64,000 nt of DNA from Minisyncoccota bacterium (GTDB lineage: Bacteria > Patescibacteriota > Minisyncoccia > Phycocordibacterales > JAQTLZ01), in assembly GCA_028714635.1 (NCBI GenBank), contig JAQTLZ010000002.1, positions 121,841 through 185,840 on the forward strand, in the 5' to 3' direction. The notes beneath the pieces were generated by a model. It saw only the letters and a program-made list of their open reading frames with translations, searched no databases and was not told the origin of the DNA. Of this stretch, positions 23,907 through 33,378 are shown in pieces. A program made the position numbers and the translations under genes. Every line of letters begins with the position of its first letter. Within the stretch, counting starts at the first letter, position 1.

Positions 23907-24376
23907 GAATATTTCAAATCGCCAAACATTTTTTCTTCTCGGAAAGTTTCTTTCTTGAATTCGTTTTCGTATTCTGGGAAAAATGTGTCGGCTGGGATTT
24001 CAGAGTGAATGATTGTGAGGTAGAGCCTGTCTGCGAAGGGGAGTGCTTGTTTGTAAATTTCTCCTCCACCGATGACGAAGATTTCGGCCGCGCCTCCTTC
24101 AGAGGCGCGGCCTTTTTCGAGCGCCTCTTCGATCGTATTTGTCACAATGCACCCTTCCGCTTTGAAATCTTTATTTCTGGTGACGATGATATTTGCACGG
24201 CCGGGGAGCGCCCGTCCTATGGACTCATACGTTTTTCGTCCCATGATAATGGGATGCCCCATCGTAAGCGCTTTAAACCGCTTCAAATCCTCTGGAATCC
24301 GCCACAGAAGCTTATTTTCCGTGCCGAGGCCACGGGTTTTCTCGCTTATTCCAGCTATCATGTTTACTTTTGACAT
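23885..24376 (-). CDS. folA: dihydrofolate reductase
   Basis: 163 aa. LLWRIPEDLKRFKALTMGHPIIMGRKTYESIG and VIGGGEIY motifs. Its 3' end overlaps the APH gene start by 22 nt. Confidence 0.9.
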   Translation of the reverse strand: MSKVNMIAGISEKTRGLGTENKLLWRIPEDLKRFKALTMGHPIIMGRKTYESIGRALPGRANIIVTRNKDFKAEGCIVTNTIEEALEKGRASEGGAAEIFVIGGGEIYKQALPFADRLYLTIIHSEIPADTFFPEYENEFKKETFREEKMFGDLKYSWVTLEK

Positions 24377-24446
24377 AGTAGGGTAATTTCTTTTCTTATT
24401 ATTTTCAAACTGTAAACCTCTTACGAAATACTATATACTATTATCT

Positions 24447-25040
24447 ATGTCAGAAGCTAATATAAAAAAGATCTTAAGCAATACTGCTGATCTGAAAACT
24501 CGTTTTATCGGTGATTACAAGGAATTAAAGAAAATCGTCGACACATTTAAAAAAATCGGTTATCGAATTGTTTTGACTCAAGGCGTGTATGACCTTATCC
24601 ACGAAGGCCACGCAGCTTATCTTGAAAAAGCTCGCTCTTACGGAGATCTTTTGATTGTCGGCGTTGATTCTGATGAACTCACGAAGCAGAGAAAGGGGCC
24701 GAATCGCCCTATAGTTCCGCAACAAGAAAGAATGAAGATGCTTGTTCATTTACGGCACGTTGATATTGTGACGATACGCGAAGCGCATCACAAGATCGGC
24801 GATCTTATCCGTCTCGTGAAGCCTGATGTGCTCATTGTTTCGAAAAGCACCAGCGATTTTACGAACAAAATGGTCAACGAATATACGCCGTATTGCAAAA
24901 AAATTGTCTCTCTTATGCCGCAGGCAACCACTTCGACATCAGCTCGCGTTAGAAATCTTACTCTCGAAGGAGCAGAGAAACTGGCCGGAGAGATCTCCAA
25001 ACTCACTGAAAATTTCATATTTAAGATCAGGCAAGCGTAA
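24447..25040 (+). CDS. cytidylyltransferase-like nucleotidyltransferase (TagD/RfaE-domain-II type)
   Basis: 197 aa. GVYDLIHEGHAAYL (HxGH) and GVDSDE. TATACT at 24434-24439 lies 7 nt before the ATG. Confidence 0.75.
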   Translation: MSEANIKKILSNTADLKTRFIGDYKELKKIVDTFKKIGYRIVLTQGVYDLIHEGHAAYLEKARSYGDLLIVGVDSDELTKQRKGPNRPIVPQQERMKMLVHLRHVDIVTIREAHHKIGDLIRLVKPDVLIVSKSTSDFTNKMVNEYTPYCKKIVSLMPQATTSTSARVRNLTLEGAEKLAGEISKLTENFIFKIRQA

Positions 25041-25903
25041 TGAAAAAGGTTCTCGTCGCTTTTGTTCCGGTTATCCATCTCGGGTATCTCGATTTTTTCA
25101 AGAAGCATAACTGTCCGCTCTATGTCATTGGGTCGGAATTTTATGCTGAATTTCCAAAGTTGGAACGAGATGTCCGCGCTCTTTCTCCGGAAATAATTTC
25201 TACGGCACTTAAAGCGATAAAAATTCCGAGAGAAGTAGTTCTTCTTACCAAAAAGGATCTTGGAGATTTGAAAAAAGTTTCAATTGTCATGCCGGATGAT
25301 GAGCTCTCGAGGGAATTTGCAGAAAAGTATCTGAAGGGCACGAAAATTGATTTCGAATCAATCTTTTTGCGCTGGAATAAAATTATTACTACGTCGGAAT
25401 TTACAGTGCCTCCCAATCGAACTATTTCCTACGAAACTTTCGATAGAGAAATGTTTCCAAAGGTAAGAAAGGAAGCAAAAAAAAGTTCTGATTGGTGGAG
25501 GCAAAACGGCGCCATCCTTCTTCGAGACGGGAAAATCCTTGTGGAGAGCCATAATCGTCATCTTCCAACGGATTTAAGCATGGATGTTTTCGGCGATCCG
25601 CGGAGCAATTTTGATGCAGGGGAGAAGCTTACGAAAAAAATCGGAGGAATGGAGATAACTCCGAATGATCTCTCCACCGTCATCCATGCAGAAGCATCTG
25701 TTATTGGGATTGCAGCGAAAAAAGGGATTCCTCTCGAAGGGACATCGCTTTATTGCACCACTTTTCCTTGCCCCACTTGCGCGAAATTAGTTGCCGAAGC
25801 CGGAATTAAAAAAGTTTTCTATGAAAAAGGGTATTCAATTCTCGATGCCGAAAGAATTCTCCAGGCTTTCGGGATTGAAATAATTTTAGTAAAAGAAAAG
25901 TAA
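25040..25903 (+). CDS. dCMP deaminase with an N-terminal extra domain of about 150 aa
   Basis: C-terminal VIHAEASVI..TTFPCPTCAKLV zinc motifs (HAE / PCxxC). The N-terminal VPVIHLGY resembles a degenerate HxGH fold. TAATG overlap with the upstream gene. Confidence 0.8.
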   Translation: MKKVLVAFVPVIHLGYLDFFKKHNCPLYVIGSEFYAEFPKLERDVRALSPEIISTALKAIKIPREVVLLTKKDLGDLKKVSIVMPDDELSREFAEKYLKGTKIDFESIFLRWNKIITTSEFTVPPNRTISYETFDREMFPKVRKEAKKSSDWWRQNGAILLRDGKILVESHNRHLPTDLSMDVFGDPRSNFDAGEKLTKKIGGMEITPNDLSTVIHAEASVIGIAAKKGIPLEGTSLYCTTFPCPTCAKLVAEAGIKKVFYEKGYSILDAERILQAFGIEIILVKEK

Positions 25904-25905
25904 TC

Positions 25906-26358
25906 TCACTCCTTCTCTTCCCATTTGAACCCAAATTGTTTTTCCGCTTTCAGGTCGGGAGAAATAAGATGAGCGTGCAGATGTTGCACCGATGCTCCCG
26001 TGTATCTCGTGTCCCCGAATCTCATATGAAGTATGCCGCCGGGGGTTTTCTTTTTCTGTATAAAATCTTTCATCATACTGCGCAGTTCCTCCCACGCTTC
26101 TTTGGACATTTCTGTTATATCCGAGATATGTTTTCTATGGATAAAAAGGAGGTGAACTTTGGTATTTTTGTACGGATACATATTATCAGTGGCAATCCAG
26201 TAGGCGCCTTTTTGATGTATCGGCCTCTCGTGATGTTTATGGAGTTCTTCTTCGCAAAAAGGGCACACTTTTTGCTTAGCGATCTTTTTGATCACCTCCT
26301 CGTATACTCCACGCTTTGAGTTCGCGATATTTACGAAAGATTTTTTCGTTTTTGCCAT
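25906..26358 (-). CDS. HIT (histidine triad) family nucleotide hydrolase/transferase
   Basis: 150 aa. VQHLHAHLI histidine triad and an N-terminal CPFC. Confidence 0.8.
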   Translation of the reverse strand: MAKTKKSFVNIANSKRGVYEEVIKKIAKQKVCPFCEEELHKHHERPIHQKGAYWIATDNMYPYKNTKVHLLFIHRKHISDITEMSKEAWEELRSMMKDFIQKKKTPGGILHMRFGDTRYTGASVQHLHAHLISPDLKAEKQFGFKWEEKE

Positions 26359-26369
26359 ACAGATGATTT

Positions 26370-27281
26370 TTAAACTGGGGTCGGAATAATCATCGCTGGG
26401 TGAGGCTCGTAGTCGGAGAGCGTGAAATGTTCAGGTTTGAAATCAAAAATGTCTTTTATATTTGGGTCGAGTGTTACTGTTGGGAGTCGCTTTGGTTCTC
26501 GTTTCAAAAGTTCCTCGACATAGCTGTATTGGCTTTCGTAAATATGGGCGTCAGAAAAAGTGTGTACCAATTCTTTCATGGTGTAGCCGAGAAGCTGTGC
26601 CACCATCATACCGAATCCTGCATACTGAATGATGTTAAATGGCACTCCGACAGGGAAGTCCGCGCTTCTTTGGAAGTGATGAATAACAATTTCTTTTGTT
26701 TCGGGGAAAGCAAGAATGTGAATCCAGCCGTGGCATGGTGCAACCACTACTTTTCTTTTGAGGGTACTGTGCTGGATGGCGTATTGCGGGATCCATGGGC
26801 TTATAAAATGGGTTCGCAGGTATGGGCGTTCTTTCAGCTGTTTAATTACGTTTTCAATCTGGTTAAAGGGTGTTCCTTCTTTGGTAGGGAAGCTTGCCCA
26901 TGCCGCTCCGTATGAACCGTCTCCCAAATCTCCTTCGGGAAGTCCGAAGATGTCGCACTTTTCTTTGGTTACCCATCGTCCCCACCATTTACAGCCGAAT
27001 TTTTTCAACTCCTCATTGGTGCGAGCACCGTGAAGGAAAGCAATGTGTTCTGCGAGAGCTCCCTGGAAAAATTTTCCAGACAAGTCGCGTTCGGTGATAA
27101 CAGGAAAGCCGTTCTCGATAGGGTAGCGAAGCTGGACTCCCACGAGCATTTTCGCTTTTTCTCCCATTTTTCCGGTAGGAAGCCGGCTATGAATAGGAAC
27201 AATCTCGCGCCCCTCTTTCATTATCCTCCTTAGAATATCTTGATACTGGCTATCAGGAGTTCGGTCTTTGAGTGGTTTCAT
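26370..27281 (-). CDS. thyA: thymidylate synthase (ThyA family, somewhat divergent)
   Basis: VVAPCHGW catalytic Cys, QRSADFPVGVPFNIIQY and SDAHIY motifs. ATG at 27281 chosen (MKPLKDRTPDSQYQDILRRI). The upstream 33 codons of the track ORF look non-coding. Confidence 0.8.
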   Translation of the reverse strand: MKPLKDRTPDSQYQDILRRIMKEGREIVPIHSRLPTGKMGEKAKMLVGVQLRYPIENGFPVITERDLSGKFFQGALAEHIAFLHGARTNEELKKFGCKWWGRWVTKEKCDIFGLPEGDLGDGSYGAAWASFPTKEGTPFNQIENVIKQLKERPYLRTHFISPWIPQYAIQHSTLKRKVVVAPCHGWIHILAFPETKEIVIHHFQRSADFPVGVPFNIIQYAGFGMMVAQLLGYTMKELVHTFSDAHIYESQYSYVEELLKREPKRLPTVTLDPNIKDIFDFKPEHFTLSDYEPHPAMIIPTPV

Positions 27282-27345
27282 TGCAAGTATTATAGAGGGT
27301 TTTAAAAAGAAAAGAAAATCGCCACAATGGGTGCCCTCGCTATAC

Positions 27346-27373
27346 TTGACAATATAATCATATATGTTAAAAT
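27346..27373 (+). promoter_or_regulatory. sigma70-like promoter of the high-GC protease cassette
   Basis: TTGACA (27346-27351), 16-nt spacer, TAAAAT (27368-27373). Followed by hairpin TTCCGT..ACGGAA (27384-27403) and Shine-Dalgarno site GGAGGT (27424-27429). Confidence 0.6.
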
Positions 27374-27434
27374 AATACAAGATTCCGTCCTTTCAAAACG
27401 GAACATTTTGGGGAAACAAACGTGGAGGTGGAGC

Positions 27435-28235
27435 GTGAGAAAGATTCCGTTTGCTGTTGTCATTATTATGGTGGTTGTGGGGTTTGGTGCAGGCGCTTTC
27501 CTGCTCATCTCCCACGACATGGAGCGCGTGGAGAAAATACAAGCATTGGGGTTCAAGGGAAGGCTTGTTGGGGCAGATCGGCACATCGAAATTGCCGAGC
27601 ATCCGCCGGGCCAGTTTCTTCCAGGCTACACGGTCGGCCATATCATGTGCCGATCCTATTTTGAAAAGGACTGGCGTGTTGCTGGGACAGGCACGCAGTT
27701 TCCCGACGAGAGCGTCGTAACCGCTATGCATGTTTTCGGCAAGTGCGAGGAACAGAAGCGCTATTGGGGATTTCGCCCCCTAACTTCGGATACTATTCGA
27801 GGGAAGGGGCTAATCATACCAATCGTCTCGATGTCTCCTACGAAGGCAGGAGACGATTCAGCAATCTGTGTTCTCGGCAAGCCGGGCGAAGACGAATACC
27901 GAAATCCTTTTTGCGGCCTCTTCTCCGAGAAAGAGGACTTGACGGAGTTTCAAGAAGGTAAGGACGGCAAAATCAACGCCGTACCGTACCAGGTCAAAGT
28001 TCGGTTTCTCTCTCGTCCAGATGTCGTCCTACAGGGGCAATATCTCATGGATGCACGCCCTGGAGCACAGTATCTCCTGTTTCCCGTGCAGGGCGGGGTG
28101 GCATCTGGGGAGAGTGGCACTCTCGGTATCATCGAGGGCGATCAAACCAAGTTCCTTTTGCTTACACAGCAAAGGGCGCGTCGGTTTGGGGTCGCGTTTG
28201 TGGTGAACCGAAACCAACTTGTTCCGAAGAAGTAA
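27435..28235 (+). CDS. membrane-anchored trypsin-like serine peptidase candidate (high-GC cassette)
   Basis: GTG at 27435 after the Shine-Dalgarno site. TM helix. Putative triad contexts VVTAMHVF (His), GDDSAICVL (Asp) and ASGESGTLG (Ser). Confidence 0.5.
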   Translation: MRKIPFAVVIIMVVVGFGAGAFLLISHDMERVEKIQALGFKGRLVGADRHIEIAEHPPGQFLPGYTVGHIMCRSYFEKDWRVAGTGTQFPDESVVTAMHVFGKCEEQKRYWGFRPLTSDTIRGKGLIIPIVSMSPTKAGDDSAICVLGKPGEDEYRNPFCGLFSEKEDLTEFQEGKDGKINAVPYQVKVRFLSRPDVVLQGQYLMDARPGAQYLLFPVQGGVASGESGTLGIIEGDQTKFLLLTQQRARRFGVAFVVNRNQLVPKK

Positions 28236-28249
28236 GAAAGTAGAATAAA

Positions 28250-28293
28250 ATCCGCTAAACAGACATCCGATTTGTTTAGCGGATGTTTGTTTT
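28250..28293 (+). terminator. rho-independent terminator
   Basis: Perfect 12-bp stem ATCCGCTAAACA/TGTTTAGCGGAT, then GTTTGTTTT. Confidence 0.8.
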
Positions 28294-28396
28294 CCGGCGT
28301 TTTTTTATACAAAAAACATGCTAATATGGAAGAAATTAAGCATTTCTATGATTTAACTCCCGAAAGCCGAATATTACTCGATAATCAGCCATTTCT

Positions 28397-29668
28397 ATGA
28401 CTCAAAATTTAAAATTCATAAAGAAACAAGATCCGGCGGTCTATAAAGCGATAGTGGGGGAGGAAAAACGGGAAGCGGAAGGGCTTGAGCTCATTCCTTC
28501 GGAAAACTATGTTTCGCAGGCTGTGCTTGAAGCGAATGGCTCTGTTTTCACCAATAAATATTCTGAAGGATATATCGGGCGAAGATATTATGGCGGACAA
28601 GAATTTACTGATACAGTAGAGAAAATTGCTATCGAAAGAGCTTGCAAACTTTTTGGCGCAAAATATGCGAATGTTCAGACGCATTCTGGCGCACCGGCAA
28701 ACATCGGTCTCTATTTTGCTCTCATGAATCCGGGCGATACGATTCTCGGAATGGATCTCTCACACGGAGGGCACCTCACTCACGGACATCCTGTGACTTC
28801 GATTTCGAAAATTTTCAAATTCGTCCGCTACCAGATGAAAAATATCGAGACAGGTGAGATTGATTACGTGGGACTTCGGGAGACTGCGCTCAAAGAAAAA
28901 CCGAAAGTCATTCTCGCCGGCTATTCTGCATATCCGCGTGAGCTTGATTATGCGAAGTTTGTAGAAATTGCACGCGAAGTCGGCGCAGTCTGTGTGATGG
29001 ATATCGCTCATATCGCAGGACTCATTGCAGGCAAGGCGGTCAAGAATCCTTTTGATTATGGATTTGATGTGATGACGAGTACGACACACAAAACTTTGCG
29101 TGGTCCTCGCGGCGGTTTGATTTTGGTACGCGAGAATGAAGAGCTCGCAAAGAAAATTGATAAATCGGTTTTCCCCGGGCTTCAAGGTGGACCGCACATG
29201 CATACTGTCGCAGCAAAAGCAGTAGCGTTTGGTGAAGCACTGAAACCCGCTTTCAAAAAATATGCCGAGCAGATTCTCAAAAACGCGAAAGCAATGGAGG
29301 CGGTTTTCAAGCGAGAAAAAATTCGAATGATTACAGGTGGAACTTCAAATCATCTCATTCTCGCCGATGTGTGGGGCTCGCTCGACGTTTCTGGTAAAGA
29401 AGCGCAAACAGTACTCGATGAAGTGGGAATTACGCTCAATATGAATATGATCGCGGGGGATACAAGAAAGCCAATGGACCCATCAGGAATTCGCTTTGGT
29501 ACGCCAGCAATCACAACACGAGGATTTAAAGAAAAAGAATGTGCACGTGTCGCCGAATTGATTATTGAAACTCTAAAAAATAAAAGTGACGAAAAGAAAA
29601 AGAAAGCAATTCACACGGAAATAATAAAACTGGCAAAAAAGTTTCCGATACCAGATACATTCGTATGA
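28397..29668 (+). CDS. glyA: serine hydroxymethyltransferase
   Basis: 423 aa. LELIPSENY, GGHLTHG and TSTTHKTLRGPRGG (PLP-Lys) motifs. Confidence 0.95.
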   Translation: MTQNLKFIKKQDPAVYKAIVGEEKREAEGLELIPSENYVSQAVLEANGSVFTNKYSEGYIGRRYYGGQEFTDTVEKIAIERACKLFGAKYANVQTHSGAPANIGLYFALMNPGDTILGMDLSHGGHLTHGHPVTSISKIFKFVRYQMKNIETGEIDYVGLRETALKEKPKVILAGYSAYPRELDYAKFVEIAREVGAVCVMDIAHIAGLIAGKAVKNPFDYGFDVMTSTTHKTLRGPRGGLILVRENEELAKKIDKSVFPGLQGGPHMHTVAAKAVAFGEALKPAFKKYAEQILKNAKAMEAVFKREKIRMITGGTSNHLILADVWGSLDVSGKEAQTVLDEVGITLNMNMIAGDTRKPMDPSGIRFGTPAITTRGFKEKECARVAELIIETLKNKSDEKKKKAIHTEIIKLAKKFPIPDTFV

Positions 29669-29715
29669 TGTTATGATTTATAAGTCACTTTAATAACTAA
29701 TAAGTCAAATTAAAC

Positions 29716-30000
29716 ATGGAAGGTTATGAAATGGATCCAAAAGGATATTTAAAGCCCACGAAAGACCCTGGAGCGCCGTATTATATTCCCGGTCAGACGC
29801 CAAGTGGTGTAAAGTTTTTTATAAGTATGCCACTCAGCCCAGATGAACGAGTAGAAGTTCTCATACCAAAAGGAACAAGAGAGGAGGTGGAAGGTTGTAT
29901 TGAAAAGGTCTTTGCCGATATGAAGACTAAGGGAGTAACGATTAATGCTTATGTGATTCGCGAAATGGATTCGGAGCCTGAATCAAAAAAGCGCTTTTAG
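29716..30000 (+). CDS. hypothetical protein
   Basis: 94-aa ORF between glyA and tmk. No motif recognised. Confidence 0.5.
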   Translation: MEGYEMDPKGYLKPTKDPGAPYYIPGQTPSGVKFFISMPLSPDERVEVLIPKGTREEVEGCIEKVFADMKTKGVTINAYVIREMDSEPESKKRF

Positions 30001-30048
30001 ATTATTTCTTTTTTCCCAAGAAGTGTCCATTTTGCTAGTATTTTAGGT

Positions 30049-30723
30049 ATGAACAAACTCGGACGACTTATCATAATCGAAGGGCTTGATGGGGCAGGGA
30101 AAGCTGTTCAGACTAAGCTTCTTACCGAAGCTCTGCAAAAAGCTGGTAAAGAAGTGACGCTTTTTGATTTTCCTCGCTACACCACTTCGATGTTTGGAAA
30201 GTTGACCGGCGAAGCGCTTCAGGGCATGTACGGGGATTTCCGGAATATGTCCCCATTTCTTTCTTCGCTTCCGTTCGTGCTTGACCGAGCGACTGCAAAA
30301 AATGATATTGAGAAAGCGCTCGAGAAAGGAGATGTTATTTGCAATCGCTATACGCCTTCGAATCTCGCCTATCAATCTGCGAAACTCCCACCATCGCAGA
30401 GGAAAAAATTTGTAGACTTTTTAGAGAAAGCGGAATACGGGGAAATTGGAATTCCCAAGCCGGATGTTGTTTTCTATCTCTCCGTTCCCGTTGAGACCGC
30501 ACTTGGGCTCAATGCTCAAAAGCCAAAACGGGTGTATTTGAAAAAAGCTGGAGATAAAGACCAGCATGAAGACGACGAAATGTATCAAAAACAAGTAATT
30601 GAAGTTTATATGTCTTTCGCAAAAGAGAAAAAGAACTGGCATATCGTAGAATGTCTGAAGGGAGGCAAGCTTCTTTCACCGGAAGAAATTCATCTGAAAA
30701 TAATGGCAACACTCGCAAATTAA
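30049..30723 (+). CDS. tmk: thymidylate kinase
   Basis: 224 aa. P-loop IIIEGLDGAGKAV. TGCTAGTAT -10 box ends 7 nt before the ATG. Confidence 0.85.
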   Translation: MNKLGRLIIIEGLDGAGKAVQTKLLTEALQKAGKEVTLFDFPRYTTSMFGKLTGEALQGMYGDFRNMSPFLSSLPFVLDRATAKNDIEKALEKGDVICNRYTPSNLAYQSAKLPPSQRKKFVDFLEKAEYGEIGIPKPDVVFYLSVPVETALGLNAQKPKRVYLKKAGDKDQHEDDEMYQKQVIEVYMSFAKEKKNWHIVECLKGGKLLSPEEIHLKIMATLAN

Positions 30724-30738
30724 AGGTATCATCTAGCA

Positions 30739-31329
30739 ATGTCAGACCAAAATCTTCGATTCTTATTTGAAATAGCGACGCTCCGAAATCTCGACCGCTC
30801 ATGGAGGCAGTATATCGGTATGGATGTTGAAAGTGTTCTAGAACATATTGTTCGTGTGATGTTTCTCGCGCTTCTTATCGCCCGTAAAGAAGGGGTGAAG
30901 AATGAAGAGAAAATTATGAAAATGGTGCTTGTTCACGATCTTGCGGAAACGAGAACGAGCGATCATATGTATGTTCATAAGGTATATGTGAAAGCGGACG
31001 AGAAAAAGGCCGCCGACCATCTCTTTTTCGGAACGCTTTTTGGAGATTTGCGAAAAGATATCCTTCATGAGTATGAAGAGCGGAAATCTATTGAGGCGAA
31101 AATTGTAAAAGATGCCGATAATCTTGAATGCGATATGGAACTCAAAGAATTGGAAGCGAGGGGGTCTACAGTGCGAAAGAAACTCGCTTCTGGGAGGAGA
31201 CTGGTGCGAGACAAGAAACTCTACACCAAAACCGCACGGAAGCTTTGGGATGCGATTCAAAAAGCAGATGTGGATGAGTGGCATCTTACGAGTAATAAGT
31301 GGCTTAAGATTCCGAATGCTGGGAAATAA
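30739..31329 (+). CDS. HD-domain phosphohydrolase (YfbR-like 5'-deoxynucleotidase type)
   Basis: 196 aa. H..(V)HDLAETRTSD HD motif. Confidence 0.7.
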   Translation: MSDQNLRFLFEIATLRNLDRSWRQYIGMDVESVLEHIVRVMFLALLIARKEGVKNEEKIMKMVLVHDLAETRTSDHMYVHKVYVKADEKKAADHLFFGTLFGDLRKDILHEYEERKSIEAKIVKDADNLECDMELKELEARGSTVRKKLASGRRLVRDKKLYTKTARKLWDAIQKADVDEWHLTSNKWLKIPNAGK

Positions 31330-31332
31330 ACA

Positions 31333-33036
31333 ATGAAAGAGAAATTAGAAATTTCGGTAAAGAAAGCTCTGAAAACACTTTCTATTGAAGCGGAAAGTGT
31401 TTCTTTCGAGCACCCAACAGAAATTTCTCACGGGGATTATTCGACGAATATTGCTCTTGCACTTTCGAAACATTCAAAAGAAAATCCTCGGGTTTTGGCG
31501 GAAAAAATTGTGGGGGAAATTAATAAAAAACTTCCCAAAGAGATTCACAAAGTTGAAGTTGCCGGGGCGGGATTTATTAATTTTTTTCTTTCGAAGGAAT
31601 TTTTTGTAGAGCAAACGGCCGAAATTTTGGCGGAAGGCCAAAATTTCGGCCGAAACAGCTCTCTTAAAAAAGAAAAAGTAGTTATTGAATACACAAACCC
31701 AAATCCTTTCAAGCAATTTCATATCGGTCATTTGATGAATAATGCTATAGGCGAATCACTCTCGAGAATCGTCGATGCAAGCGGAGCTAAACTCACTCGC
31801 GTGAATTATCAGGGAGATGTTGGGCTTCATGTGGCGAAAGCTCTTTATGGAATGATGCACTCTTCACGCCCCCTTCCCAAAGAAGAATCACTCGAAAAGC
31901 AGATCGCATATCTTGGTGAATCCTATGTCGCAGGCGCGACTGCATATGAAGAAAATGAGGAAGCAAAAAAAGAAATTCAGGAAATAAATAAAAAAGTTTT
32001 TGAAAAAAGTGATAAGGAAATAAATAAGCTCTATGAATGGGGGAGAAAAATCAGTCTTGAAGATTTTGAGCGTCTGTATCAGAAACTCGGGACAAAGTTT
32101 GAGCATTATTTTTTTGAAAGCGAAGCTGGGGCGATAGGAAAGAAAATTGTGCTTGAATATCTTGAAAAAGGCGTTTTTGAGAAAAGTGATGGAGCTATTA
32201 TCTTTCCTGGTGAGAAACATGCCCTGCATACACGCGTTTTCATTAATTCACAAGGCTTGCCGACATATGAGGCAAAAGAGCTCGGAGTTTCGCAGATGAA
32301 ATATGACATGTATCGTTACGATCTTTCCTTGGTGGTTGCGGGAAACGAGATCAATGATTATTTCAAGGTACTTACAAGAGTGATCGCAATTTTGTACCCA
32401 GAACTTGCAGACAAAATAAAACATATACCAAATGGAATGCTTCGCCTTGCCAGCGGGAAAATGTCCTCTCGAAAGGGAAATGTGATATTAGGGAATGATT
32501 TGATTTCCGATGTCGAGAAATTAGTGGAAGAAAAAATGAAAGACCGCGAACTTCCAGCTGGTCAGAAAAAAGAAATTGTAGAAAAAGTGGCGATCGGCGC
32601 TATCAAGTATTCGATTCTTCGCCAATCACCCGGCAAAGATATTATTTTTGATCTTGATAAATCACTTTCATTCGAAGGAGATTCGGGACCATATCTGCAA
32701 TACACAGCAGTCCGCGCAAATTCTGTGCTAGAAAAAGCGAAAGAGATGAAAATCAAATCGAGCGCTAAAGATGGAGAAGGAGAAGTGAATCTTGTTGAAA
32801 AAATGTTGTATCGTTTTCCCGAAATTGTCGAGCTTTCTCTTAAAGAATACGCTCCACAATACATTGCGACATATCTCATCGAACTTGCGGGAGCTTTCAA
32901 TTCATATTATGGAAATACAAAAATTATCAATACCGATCCGGGTGTGTCATACAGACTTTCCCTTACGGAAGCTGTAAAAATAGTTCTCGCCAACGGCCTT
33001 AACCTTCTAGGCATACAAGTGCCTGAAAAAATGTAA
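31333..33036 (+). CDS. argS: arginine--tRNA ligase
   Basis: 567 aa. NPNPFKQFHIGH (HIGH) and MSSRKG (KMSK-like). C-terminal anticodon-binding domain ends in M. Confidence 0.95.
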   Translation: MKEKLEISVKKALKTLSIEAESVSFEHPTEISHGDYSTNIALALSKHSKENPRVLAEKIVGEINKKLPKEIHKVEVAGAGFINFFLSKEFFVEQTAEILAEGQNFGRNSSLKKEKVVIEYTNPNPFKQFHIGHLMNNAIGESLSRIVDASGAKLTRVNYQGDVGLHVAKALYGMMHSSRPLPKEESLEKQIAYLGESYVAGATAYEENEEAKKEIQEINKKVFEKSDKEINKLYEWGRKISLEDFERLYQKLGTKFEHYFFESEAGAIGKKIVLEYLEKGVFEKSDGAIIFPGEKHALHTRVFINSQGLPTYEAKELGVSQMKYDMYRYDLSLVVAGNEINDYFKVLTRVIAILYPELADKIKHIPNGMLRLASGKMSSRKGNVILGNDLISDVEKLVEEKMKDRELPAGQKKEIVEKVAIGAIKYSILRQSPGKDIIFDLDKSLSFEGDSGPYLQYTAVRANSVLEKAKEMKIKSSAKDGEGEVNLVEKMLYRFPEIVELSLKEYAPQYIATYLIELAGAFNSYYGNTKIINTDPGVSYRLSLTEAVKIVLANGLNLLGIQVPEKM

Positions 33037-33045
33037 TATACATAT

Positions 33046-33378
33046 ATGACTGAAGCAATTCCAGGACAAAATAGTGGGAATCCAAGATCGGCGGATAGAC
33101 AGGAGAAAATTAACGAGATGATTTTGGCACGCAATGGGGTGTTAGGATTAGTGAAAACTCCAAAGCAGAGAGAGATTGTTCGAGAAGAGAATCAGCAATT
33201 TATTATTCAACTCAGGAAAAACAACCCAGGGCGCGACACCCTTGCAAAATATCAAGCATGGCAGATTTTCTCAAGTGGCACAGATATCCAGGATGAGAAA
33301 GCTCCGGAGCTTGATTTCCCGGGAGAAGATTCTCTTATTGAATTTTATAAAAGACTTGAAGAAAAGTTGAAATCATGA
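33046..33378 (+). CDS. hypothetical protein
   Basis: 110 aa. TAATAT at 33034-33039 lies 6 nt before the ATG. ATGA overlap with maf. Confidence 0.55.
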   Translation: MTEAIPGQNSGNPRSADRQEKINEMILARNGVLGLVKTPKQREIVREENQQFIIQLRKNNPGRDTLAKYQAWQIFSSGTDIQDEKAPELDFPGEDSLIEFYKRLEEKLKS

